From positions 1 to 64,000 of the forward strand of contig MEQL01000060.1 of NCBI GenBank assembly GCA_001770205.1: a stretch of 64,000 nt of DNA. The letters are read 5' to 3'. The notes under the pieces were generated by a model that had not been told where the DNA came from, did not search any database, and saw nothing but the letters and a program-made list of their open reading frames with translations. Origin of the DNA: Bdellovibrionales bacterium RIFOXYD12_FULL_39_22 (GTDB lineage Bacteria > Bdellovibrionota > Bacteriovoracia > Bacteriovoracales > Bacteriovoracaceae). Made by a program: the position numbers and the translations under genes. Shown here piece after piece: positions 11,001 through 19,186 of the stretch (its first letter is position 1; each line of letters starts with the position of its first letter).

Positions 11001-11280
11001 GAAAGATATCTTTGCCACCAACAAAGAAAATATTGCGCCAGTAAGAGAGATGGCCCGAGCATACTATGATAAAAAACATTATAATTATGCGCTGGCAACC
11101 GCCCTTTTTGGCAGTGCTAATTCGGGGGCCGGAGGTGATTTTTCTACCATCATCGGTTGCAGTGCCTTGCACTTAGGATATTACAACGAGGCCAGTTTTC
11201 ACCTGAAAAGAGCAACCGGGTATCCTGACATAAAAAACAGCTGTATGGCCGCCCTTAAGAAAATACAACTAGGAGAATAA
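8011..11280 (+). CDS. Large periplasmic TPR protein, GltD/AgmU-like
   Basis: Signal peptide; repeated YP.S/FP.T TPR turns, AIDIYKKILDEFP, LMGQYYF, LKREALID; 1089 aa; follows the GltC-like gene. Confidence 0.7.
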   Translation: MRLITLFIFSILITITISATAQGKSSAKSTKSAADAQQESDAEFKKNLSEMYRRIIRSIQALREQIASNQNVPFLPNLYYQLADLLSQKANVEYYIQKENEGSYDTTTANAGKQYSQVIVSKKEAIDIYKKILDEFPSFAQKADTMYGLALTQYSIDESAEFINNTKKLVAAYPGSEQAIRGQLLMGQYYFDQRMYREASTYLTTVSSAPFIYERNVARYRLGLLALINSQFKESLMRFEQVVTDVDLKESDSPFEVSLKQKSVKSSLKREALIDSIRAYTEVYQQDATPIEYYSRIAPTEAMFQEVIEKLAYRYIYLKRYKFAIKILRTLSERTILPEKVINVYQEVLLMIPLEDRIDLPVEEIRYLLEVYNRWRSFYEISAEFQKQSYNFFEKQVRDLGTRAHLYIKQNAGSIAGSKGKLTAEKVDYYTEKSIDYYKLYLSFFGKSENAVKIATNLADVYFQKKQYMQSGDYYLRTYLGEFGKPIEARKLIENALLCLQKDADYSFYELLRVKGLLIHALESYMAIDGRFKNDPKLNFILVKSVYEQGLYEEALASFIEFMKRFPKTNYAVDAGELILDYFNTKSDYDGLVTWASKILDAKIANSKFNKKVAAIQKQARLKKLQSHVESSTEFDSFAQGKSYLQTAMNIEDSALMNIALQKALSNSKKEKDMDTFFATAKVLAEKESDPNKRADILMSVAQENLRLTRFFAAYEAYKEIYDTSKIPLKTRTNAYLQVVSIALNLRDWPHLNEFLGHSLKSKISRNMLVAISEQVSDYLDSPHEVEDTILEVIEKIGMTDAILLGMYKAQDRLGKSEANNTIEKTAKICSKRISGVLCGWNHLKNLDEFNRKFISAISTSSATLPNIEKSAGAFTKLIEGHSKLEQANDPHLSIMVAMRLSGLFAAFGNFLKKGSLLNQEARQILIQKAQESINTANGYKQKCAKIINATGAVTPANKLCLSGNFTTTDDGKFWNESALQEGEVEEINPSKFSTQEKDIFATNKENIAPVREMARAYYDKKHYNYALATALFGSANSGAGGDFSTIIGCSALHLGYYNEASFHLKRATGYPDIKNSCMAALKKIQLGE

Positions 11281-11281
11281 G

Positions 11282-11971
11282 TTGTTGAAAAGATTTTTTA
11301 CACAACTATTTATCTTAACAATCACTAGCATCATCTTCATGTCCAACAATGCGAGGGCCCAGTCGGCATTTTTAACTCAATATCCTCATCTGAAAAAATT
11401 TCTTTATCTAGAGCCATCGCCTCACCTATTTTTAGGATTAGGACTAAGTCCGCTGGGCCTAGTTCAAAGTAAAGTTTATTTTTCGGCCAATCTTTTTCAA
11501 CTACACTTTATTGAAAACAACTGGGACTTTGAAATTTTCTCTGCCTCTATTGGAAAAACAAGTGCCCAATCTTCCAGCGCCCAATCTGATCACTTCACCA
11601 TTCGCAGCAGTCCAAAATATAAAATCTATGGGGTGGTAAGTGCTGGGCCAGTGATTGGATTAGAATTTGTTCGCTTCCCCAATCTACAATCACGTCTTTA
11701 TAAAGGGGGATGGACCACTCCACTGGAAACTTTTTCGACTTCTGGAAGCTTCTATGGCCTGGCGATCAGTGAAAACATAGATATTGGAGACCACTATATT
11801 CTAAAGATCTCTCAACTGCTCTACAAACAGGGATACTCCATAAAAAAAACACATAACAACTGGCAATATCTGCTGTTTGATTCTAACAGCTACGAACTAG
11901 AAGACGAAGAAATCGTGGCGGCAATTAGTCCAGACACCGTCTTTATGCTAGAATTTTCAATCCTATTTTAA
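11282..11971 (+). CDS. Secreted, probable outer-membrane beta-barrel protein
   Basis: TTG start after GGAG; signal peptide; beta-rich; ends LEFSILF. Confidence 0.5.
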   Translation: MLKRFFTQLFILTITSIIFMSNNARAQSAFLTQYPHLKKFLYLEPSPHLFLGLGLSPLGLVQSKVYFSANLFQLHFIENNWDFEIFSASIGKTSAQSSSAQSDHFTIRSSPKYKIYGVVSAGPVIGLEFVRFPNLQSRLYKGGWTTPLETFSTSGSFYGLAISENIDIGDHYILKISQLLYKQGYSIKKTHNNWQYLLFDSNSYELEDEEIVAAISPDTVFMLEFSILF

Positions 11972-13642
11972 ATCTGCATCACCAAATTTAACAGTTGCCG
12001 CATCATCGTCTACGCTAACACTCTTACTAGAAGTTCTAAAATACCTCGCATCATCAATAATACTGCTTTTTTCTAACAGATATACTTTAAGTCTATTCGT
12101 CTCTCCTACTGCTGGAATGCCTGTTACCTTTAAATTAAAACATGATTGAAGTCGATTATCACTTGTTTTAGTTAAAAGATATTTTGGCGTCTTAAGATGG
12201 TTGATTCGATCATTGTTAAAATTAGCAGGGGTATTTAATTTTAGCTCATTGTAATTTGAAGTACCGTCAAAATCGGGATCAAGCAAGGCCCCTGAATTTC
12301 CAATACCGGCAGTATATGCAATTCCCCCCAATCTAAACGCCAAGGAATCAGGAATCCAATCATCGTTAGTATCAAAGTCATCGCTACTACTTTCCAATAC
12401 TGCTACTTCTTCACAATTATTAAGTCCATCTCGATCTTGATCAATATACTTATCAGGATCTCCCGGGGCCCAACCAGCTTTTACAAAGCTCAAACAACTA
12501 TTAAATGGGTTTGCCAATGCCGGATGACAAGAAGTATCAGCGCAAGGCCTTCCAGTTGAGGCATACTCCACGCCATCGGAGACACCATTCTCATCACTAT
12601 CTTTTTTCTCCCAATCAGACCCTAGTTTCTCCTCTAATTGGTCACTGACTCCATCGCCATCACGATCTCCCGCAATCGTTCCGGTCTCAATATTCCAAGT
12701 AACATTCTCGTTAACCACAAAAATATCTTTAAGCGAATTTTTTACATTTCTAATAGGTGTAGAAAAACGTTCATAATCAATTAATTGTCCACCTCCAAAT
12801 TCGTAATAATCTCCATTCCCATTATTGGCCATCTCTTGTAACAGCGAACGAGCTGTATCATCTGCGCTATTGCCATAATAATAGGCCGTATTCAAGGCCA
12901 CTGTTTCCGCCCAGCTTTTGTAGTTATTGTTGGTAGCAATGGCGGCAATGGAGGCGGCCTGTAGCTTAAATGGCTCAACATCCACTATCGGGCCTAATTC
13001 ATCATGAGGGGCCCCATCACTTAAGAAAATAACCACGTAGTGCGAAGAGATTATTTCCTCTACCTGTGAATTTTTGGCCTGGTTAACATCGATAATAATA
13101 CGATCATATACTACCTGCAGGGCCGATTCATAATTAGTGAAACCCACATCCGATGAACAATACTGCGGCGTGGCCGGCAGACAGGCCTCTCCCTCTGGTA
13201 TTATGGGATTTAATCTGGTTTTTTGATTTTCAACATTATCAATAAAGCGATCTCTTCCTACGAAAAATTTTCCAGCATCCTCTGCGCTATAGGCAGTAAA
13301 GGCCCGCGCCTCACTAGAAAAGTTTACTAGCGAGTAAAAAACTTGTTCATCACTAATCGAATTATTTAGGTAATTAAGTAGTGCATCGTAACGACGAATT
13401 CCATCATAGTCGGTTGGTTCATCTCGATTACTAGAGGATTTATCGATAACAAAGATAAACTTAAGATTTGATTTTTTTTCGCTGGGAGGAACTGTACAAA
13501 AATTAACTTCAGCATCAACTAAAAATTCTCTGGCATAATGCTCTAATTCTTTTAACTCTTCTTTCGAACATCCAACGAGCACTCCTCCCAAAGTGAGCGC
13601 TATCAATGTCCAAAAAATTATAACCCTTAGTGCTTTCATCAA
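11963..13642 (-). CDS. Lipoprotein with VWA domain and thrombospondin type 3-like Ca-binding repeats (MtsD-like)
   Basis: Lipobox LVGC; MIDAS DKSSS...T(GFTNY)...D(LSDG); repeated DxDxDG motifs; C-terminal CF...I...N...VY..E domain. Confidence 0.8.
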   Translation of the reverse strand: MMKALRVIIFWTLIALTLGGVLVGCSKEELKELEHYAREFLVDAEVNFCTVPPSEKKSNLKFIFVIDKSSSNRDEPTDYDGIRRYDALLNYLNNSISDEQVFYSLVNFSSEARAFTAYSAEDAGKFFVGRDRFIDNVENQKTRLNPIIPEGEACLPATPQYCSSDVGFTNYESALQVVYDRIIIDVNQAKNSQVEEIISSHYVVIFLSDGAPHDELGPIVDVEPFKLQAASIAAIATNNNYKSWAETVALNTAYYYGNSADDTARSLLQEMANNGNGDYYEFGGGQLIDYERFSTPIRNVKNSLKDIFVVNENVTWNIETGTIAGDRDGDGVSDQLEEKLGSDWEKKDSDENGVSDGVEYASTGRPCADTSCHPALANPFNSCLSFVKAGWAPGDPDKYIDQDRDGLNNCEEVAVLESSSDDFDTNDDWIPDSLAFRLGGIAYTAGIGNSGALLDPDFDGTSNYNELKLNTPANFNNDRINHLKTPKYLLTKTSDNRLQSCFNLKVTGIPAVGETNRLKVYLLEKSSIIDDARYFRTSSKSVSVDDDAATVKFGDADLK

Positions 13643-14553
13643 TGCCCTGTCCCTATGAAATAATCAGAAGATTGTAGCCAAGAATAATCATATTCTATGA
13701 CGGACTCATCTTCGACGGTTGGTAGTACGTTAATATCATAAACATGCATATACTTATTAGTTAAATTTATTGCATTACGTTCTATGAAATAGACACGAAT
13801 CAAATTACCACTGGAAGAATCTGCAATTGGAATATTGCTTATGATGTAGTCATAACATTCCGCCGTGGTAATATCCAAGCGTCGGCCATTGTCATACTTT
13901 ACTGCCAATCCAGAAATGCTGTGATCATTTGTTTCATAGAGCGGAGTATTGGCCTTGATTTCTTCAATGTTAGTAAGCCCATCTACATCAGAATCTAAAA
14001 TGGCATCTTGTCCGTCGCTAGTAGAGGGTTCCAATCCATTGCGAACTTCTAAATAATCTATAACACCATCACCATCGCTATCAAAATTATTAGGATCACT
14101 TCCTAAAACTTTCTCTTCACAATCATTTAATCCATCATAATCTGAATCGCGCGAAGGATCAGCACAATTTAACAGATGATTTTGCTGATCTTGCCCTAGG
14201 CCAGAGTAATAAACCAGCAGATCACCATAACCGTCTTCGTTGCTATCTTCTTTATTAATGCCAATATTGAGCACTGTATCATTGTCTCGATAGTTTGGTA
14301 TACCGTCACTGTCTAAATCGATATTGATGCGTTTGTTTTCAATTACTGTAGTTAAATTAATCAGGAAAAAATCACTACGCTTGCGATCTGTGGCCGGACA
14401 ATATTTGGTAAATTTCATCGTAACAGTTTTGGGTTTAACAGTAAGGGCCTTTTCCTCTAATGGTTTTAATTCTTTCTCTTGCTGACACCCACCTAACCAC
14501 GTCAGTCCAAAAAGAAAGTAATAAGCAATTAAAAAAGAAGGCCCTGTTTTCAT
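13639..14553 (-). CDS. Lipoprotein with thrombospondin type 3-like Ca-binding repeats, VWA-less paralog
   Basis: Lipobox LGGC; several DSDxDG repeats; same C-terminal CY...I..I...NLIRVYFIE domain as its neighbours. Confidence 0.75.
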   Translation of the reverse strand: MKTGPSFLIAYYFLFGLTWLGGCQQEKELKPLEEKALTVKPKTVTMKFTKYCPATDRKRSDFFLINLTTVIENKRINIDLDSDGIPNYRDNDTVLNIGINKEDSNEDGYGDLLVYYSGLGQDQQNHLLNCADPSRDSDYDGLNDCEEKVLGSDPNNFDSDGDGVIDYLEVRNGLEPSTSDGQDAILDSDVDGLTNIEEIKANTPLYETNDHSISGLAVKYDNGRRLDITTAECYDYIISNIPIADSSSGNLIRVYFIERNAINLTNKYMHVYDINVLPTVEDESVIEYDYSWLQSSDYFIGTGH

Positions 14554-14574
14554 ATATAAAAATTCTCCCCTAAA

Positions 14575-16353
14575 TTATTGCAGTACCGGACTAACACCAC
14601 CACCACCACCACCGCCCACACCACATGGGCCAACATCCAATACTTGGCAGAAAAATTCACCACGATCTATACTAATAGATCCACTACTGGTGGATGCCAA
14701 ATTATTGCAGCTATAGACTCCTTTAATATCGCGGAACTGAAATTGCTTGTATATTGGTACCGCCTCACCTGGATTAATTAAACATTGTCCGACGCCTTCT
14801 CGCGCAATGATTTCCAACTTAAGTGTACAGGCCCCGGTGGCACCGGTATAAACTACGCTACCGGAACTATCTGGAGAATAACCGGAAGTATAACTAGCAA
14901 GTTGAATAAAGGCATTATCGGTCTCCACCACCACCCCATCATCAATTAGTCCAGACACTTTTAAGCTTAGTCCTTGACTGTGTCCTGGCCAATATTGAAA
15001 AATACCAGAAATGACTAACGAGGAGTTTAATGCAAGATAGCCATCATCCGAAAGCATAGCATAATCACACTTAACTTTTAACTGTTCACTATCCTCCATG
15101 GCACGCATTCTTTGAGTGGCAATGTATTGTACATCTCTCTCCAGTAAAGGAATTGTGACTGGTGGATTATAGGCCGGAAGGCCCACACCATCAATCTCGT
15201 TTTGCACCACACTGTAAGACGTAGCATTCGAAGCGCGAATAAATCCCTGTAAAAAATAATAAGTATCAATCATCCCAGTACCATTGGTGTGATCATAAAC
15301 CCCGGGTGCTGCAGACAAATACCCATCTTCAAAACGCACTCTTTGATTATCAAAATTATAGTAAAAACTTACTTCCTCACTGACTCTATTGGGACAAAAA
15401 CGATCTTTGGCCTTAGCGCGAACAAGGCGATATCCTCGGGACATAACGTAACCTTCCACAACTCCGCCAGTGCCTTGAACCCAATCGGTATCGAATTTTC
15501 CATCACCATCAAAATCCCATTTGAATAAAAATCCATGATCCTCCACATGACTTCCGCTTAAAGAGAAAATTTGGTTTCCATCAAACGAATAGTGATTATA
15601 TTCATTTCGCTCGGTAGCAGTAGAAATTGATGCTTGCAAAGCGGCCAGATCCATTTCCTCATCAATCAAATTCCAATCTGCGGGACAACTAATTCCCACT
15701 TCAAAGCTAATGGCCGTTATTTTACCTGCTACATCCGTCAGCTTCACTGTGGCATAATAGTATCCAGGAGAAGCAAAACTATGATCAAATTGCGCACTAT
15801 TAAAAGTAGAAATAGCTCCAGAAGGATTCTTTATCGAAATAAAATAAGAAGCTATAGTTGAATTATCATCGGTAGAATTGCTCAAATCAAAACTGATGGC
15901 CCCTATATCGAATCCACCTTCTGGCATAGAAACACCACCAATACTTTTAACCTGGCCACTTTTGGCAGACTGAGTGACACGCAAATCAATTTGGGGGCCC
16001 TGATTACTGTCTACATCTCCAGTATTAATGATGCTGATGGAGGCAGAAAGAGCAATGGTCGCTCCATCTTTTAAAATTCCTTTAAAGTAAAAGGTTTTGG
16101 CCCCTGGATTATCAAAAGAGCAAACAATATAAGTCAGTGCTACTTGGCCACAAGTTAGTAACGCACCATCCACATCTCGAACTTCCCATGATCCACTTCG
16201 CACACTTCCATCAGGAATGGAGGCACGTACAGAACTTCCCATCGAAGCACTCTTTGCAATAGAGATGGCAATCGCCCCATCGCCCTCCTCTTTTTCTGTC
16301 TTACAAGAAAAAAACGAGACAACCAACAGAGAAAAAACAATTAAGCGGTACAT
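14575..16353 (-). CDS. Surface lipoprotein with PKD/Ig-like domains and Gly-rich C-terminus
   Basis: Start reassigned to ATG 16353 (AAGGAG RBS); lipobox FFSC; HSFASPGYYYATVKLTD and FKWDFDGDG PKD signatures. Confidence 0.65.
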   Translation of the reverse strand: MYRLIVFSLLVVSFFSCKTEKEEGDGAIAISIAKSASMGSSVRASIPDGSVRSGSWEVRDVDGALLTCGQVALTYIVCSFDNPGAKTFYFKGILKDGATIALSASISIINTGDVDSNQGPQIDLRVTQSAKSGQVKSIGGVSMPEGGFDIGAISFDLSNSTDDNSTIASYFISIKNPSGAISTFNSAQFDHSFASPGYYYATVKLTDVAGKITAISFEVGISCPADWNLIDEEMDLAALQASISTATERNEYNHYSFDGNQIFSLSGSHVEDHGFLFKWDFDGDGKFDTDWVQGTGGVVEGYVMSRGYRLVRAKAKDRFCPNRVSEEVSFYYNFDNQRVRFEDGYLSAAPGVYDHTNGTGMIDTYYFLQGFIRASNATSYSVVQNEIDGVGLPAYNPPVTIPLLERDVQYIATQRMRAMEDSEQLKVKCDYAMLSDDGYLALNSSLVISGIFQYWPGHSQGLSLKVSGLIDDGVVVETDNAFIQLASYTSGYSPDSSGSVVYTGATGACTLKLEIIAREGVGQCLINPGEAVPIYKQFQFRDIKGVYSCNNLASTSSGSISIDRGEFFCQVLDVGPCGVGGGGGGGVSPVLQ

Positions 16354-16381
16354 AAAAACTCCTTTGGTTTCAACGTTTAAA

Positions 16382-18049
16382 TTAGTTGAAATCCTCATCG
16401 TTAAAAACCACCGTGTTCCCGTTACGTACCGCTTTTTCTGACACACGGATGAATTTTTTGTTTCGTATTATAGAAGTCTGTTCAAAAATATATACTCTGA
16501 TTAAACTTTGATCTTGGCCTTCAATAATGTCACCGACATCAAGAGAATAACAAGTTTGTAATGGCCCATCGCTCACTACGGAGATAGAGTAATTCATGGG
16601 AACTAGTCCATAAATATCATGATTATCAAAATTAAGAGGAGTGTTTAACTTAATCTCTTCGTAATTATCAAGTCGATCAAAATCCTGATCTCCTTTGGCC
16701 TCGTCCGTTACATTAGAAATAACCGATAAATTATAACGAAGAGCTATGTCGTCAGGAATCCAATCATTATTAGAATCAAAACTCTGATAGGTAACCACTC
16801 CTCCAAATAAGGCCGTCTGAAGCATATACTCTTCACAGTCATTTAATGTATCACCATCGGCATCATTGGTGGTTAAATGGACACCACAAGATCTACTTCT
16901 ACTCGTGGCACTCACTCCATTAGTCAAACGATACTCCACAAAATCAGAGAGGCCATCTGCGTCGCTATCACCGGTAGCGGATGAAGAACTATGAAGGCCC
17001 TCCCACTGATCAGATAATCCATCACCATCACTATCAGCAAAGATCTCCCCTTTGTCCCAAAGAGTGCTGCGATTTATTACTAAAATATCTTTCAAGCTAT
17101 TTTTTAAGTTTCGTTCTGGAATGGAAAACTTGGTAAAATCTATTTGCTGTCCACTAGCAAACTCTAAAAATTCCCCTGAAGAGCGCGCGGCCATATCCGA
17201 TAAGCGCAACCGAGCATCTGGATCATCTCCCGTAACGGGAAGGCCCGTAACTAAATCTATATAAGGAGAAAAATAATACCCGGTATGAACCTGTACGCTA
17301 TCAATCCATTCTGGATTGGACTCAGTTAATGACTTTAGCGAGTCTATGCTGTATTGGATCTCAGGCAAAGTTTGTTGTATGGTCAACGCCCCGCTAGGAA
17401 TCCAGGGGGCACCATCGGAGACAAAAAATATTACGTAATAAGAGGAGATGATCTCGGCGGCCGTTTTAGCGGCAGTAATATCACTTTGAATCCACGCTTT
17501 AACTGCTGCAACTGCCGCCGTATAATTAGTGGCCCCGGAATCACCAGTAGCAGTATTGCTCCACTGTGTATTGATCAAATCAGCGAAGGCAGCTTTGTTA
17601 TTAGAAAAAGTGGAATAACTCGGATGAGATAACCCCGCACTCACCACGCTAGCGGCAGTACTAAAATCAACCAAACTATAAAAGATTGAATCATCTTCCG
17701 GTATTGATTCTAAAAAACCCACAATGGGAGCATAGCGCCGACTTCCCTCCGGATCTGTGCCAATTACTTCCGCTCCTGAATCAGGAACACCATCACCTGT
17801 TATATCCAAAATTCTTCTTTGATTGCTGCCAGATTTATCCAACACAAAAATAAACTTCAAGTAAGTCTTTACTTGATTAGCTGGGGTAGTACAAAAATTA
17901 ACGTCCACCTTAGTCTTACCATAGTCGTGCACTCGAAGCGGCTCCAACTCTTTTAACTGTTCACTGTTTTTGCAACCAAAAAAGAAAAGTGCCAAAAAAA
18001 ACAATGGCCAAATTGAAATCCTCTTTGTCTGCAATATCACTCCTGGCAT
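16382..18049 (-). CDS. Lipoprotein with VWA domain and thrombospondin type 3-like repeats (MtsD-like), paralog of 11963-13642
   Basis: Start reassigned to ATG 18049 (GGAG RBS); lipobox FFGC; MIDAS DKSGS...T(GATNY)...D(VSDG); DSDGDG repeats. Confidence 0.8.
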   Translation of the reverse strand: MPGVILQTKRISIWPLFFLALFFFGCKNSEQLKELEPLRVHDYGKTKVDVNFCTTPANQVKTYLKFIFVLDKSGSNQRRILDITGDGVPDSGAEVIGTDPEGSRRYAPIVGFLESIPEDDSIFYSLVDFSTAASVVSAGLSHPSYSTFSNNKAAFADLINTQWSNTATGDSGATNYTAAVAAVKAWIQSDITAAKTAAEIISSYYVIFFVSDGAPWIPSGALTIQQTLPEIQYSIDSLKSLTESNPEWIDSVQVHTGYYFSPYIDLVTGLPVTGDDPDARLRLSDMAARSSGEFLEFASGQQIDFTKFSIPERNLKNSLKDILVINRSTLWDKGEIFADSDGDGLSDQWEGLHSSSSATGDSDADGLSDFVEYRLTNGVSATSRSRSCGVHLTTNDADGDTLNDCEEYMLQTALFGGVVTYQSFDSNNDWIPDDIALRYNLSVISNVTDEAKGDQDFDRLDNYEEIKLNTPLNFDNHDIYGLVPMNYSISVVSDGPLQTCYSLDVGDIIEGQDQSLIRVYIFEQTSIIRNKKFIRVSEKAVRNGNTVVFNDEDFN

Positions 18050-18284
18050 TTTCACTCTCCGGTAAACGCAAATCTTATGCTCAATCAACTACGTACTGCG
18101 CATAGGCAATTATAAGATGGCCGGCTCGCCTCTCCTAAGATTATGAAAAAACCTTCTGATTTTATCGGTTAACTTGCGGTAAACATTAAGTAAGTCTTTC
18201 ACTGAGAGCTACTTTAAATTTTGCTTTAGAAATTAAAAAGTGCCCACTTTTTGAGGCATCAATTTCTATCTTATTGAAAAGTGC

Positions 18285-18650
18285 TTAGCGTCCCCAGGCC
18301 CGGGCCATCGCCTCTTTGCATTTTTTGATTTTGTCTTCGCTGTCTATTCCAATGTTAATAGTTCTACAAGACTCTAGCCAATCTCCAAATTCCTTGATGG
18401 TTAATACCCCCTCATCGGCCTCTACGGCCTTGGCGCCATCGTTGCAAGGAGGAAAAGGAATAGAGGTAATAGTTCCACATCTAGCGGTATAAACCTCTAA
18501 CCATCTACCAATCATTTTAACCGTGTCAACTTGCTCCTCTTTAGACATTGCTTCTCGCGCAACAACAGTTCCACTGGATAGCAACAAAAATACCGATAAA
18601 AGAAGAGCTCTGTCTCGCAATATTTCTTGATAGATCCTAATCCGCTTCAT
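18285..18650 (-). CDS. Small secreted protein with four cysteines
   Basis: Start probably ATG 18650; hydrophobic signal segment; two similar G.WLE.. segments. Confidence 0.5.
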   Translation of the reverse strand: MKRIRIYQEILRDRALLLSVFLLLSSGTVVAREAMSKEEQVDTVKMIGRWLEVYTARCGTITSIPFPPCNDGAKAVEADEGVLTIKEFGDWLESCRTINIGIDSEDKIKKCKEAMARAWGR

Positions 18651-19176
18651 CAGTACCACTTCCTTCTTCAACCTCACCTCCCATACTTTGCTTATTAAGG
18701 TCCGCGACAGAAAGGAGCGCCGAATTTATAATGGGTGGAAGCTCATCAAAAAAATCATTTTTCCTAAAAGATAGTTTAGAAAAAGTTCCCTTCTCAGCAA
18801 TTGCTGAAAAAAAAGATTGTAACCTTACAATTGGCCCAGAAACTTTATGTGATAAAAAAACATAAACAATCGTGGAAAAAATTATCGCTAACAAAAGTGC
18901 CACCAAAAGATTGCTGATTATAGTTTCTTCTTGTAGGCGAATAAACTTAAAGTATGCATGGAACTCTCCAAATCCCGCACTCACCCCTAATTCCCGCATA
19001 TGATTAAAAAAACTTATTATTTGAAATACTACAAATGCCAAGCAAGTGGTAATAGTCGCCGCATTAACCACTAGCAACACTAGTTGAAATTTGGGATAGA
19101 TGAGTAATTTTTTTCTCATCTTCTTATTAAGACGATAATTGTTTGTGTTAAAACTGGTTGTCGTATCATCACTCAT
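18637..19176 (-). CDS. Two-TM membrane protein with HAMP-like segment
   Basis: Two TM helices then SHKVSGPIVRL...LSFRKNDFF.EL, a HAMP-like family pattern. Confidence 0.65.
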   Translation of the reverse strand: MSDDTTTSFNTNNYRLNKKMRKKLLIYPKFQLVLLVVNAATITTCLAFVVFQIISFFNHMRELGVSAGFGEFHAYFKFIRLQEETIISNLLVALLLAIIFSTIVYVFLSHKVSGPIVRLQSFFSAIAEKGTFSKLSFRKNDFFDELPPIINSALLSVADLNKQSMGGEVEEGSGTDEAD

Positions 19177-19186
19177 TGCTTATCTC

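Noticed and set aside
2664..11971. One continuous operon from the ketosynthase through the Glt-like genes
   Set aside because: A near-consensus promoter at 5950-5978 suggests independent transcription; any functional link is unsupported
14595..14625. CCA/ACC trinucleotide run as a microsatellite or contingency locus
   Set aside because: Encodes the in-frame poly-Gly tail; unit changes would not shift the frame
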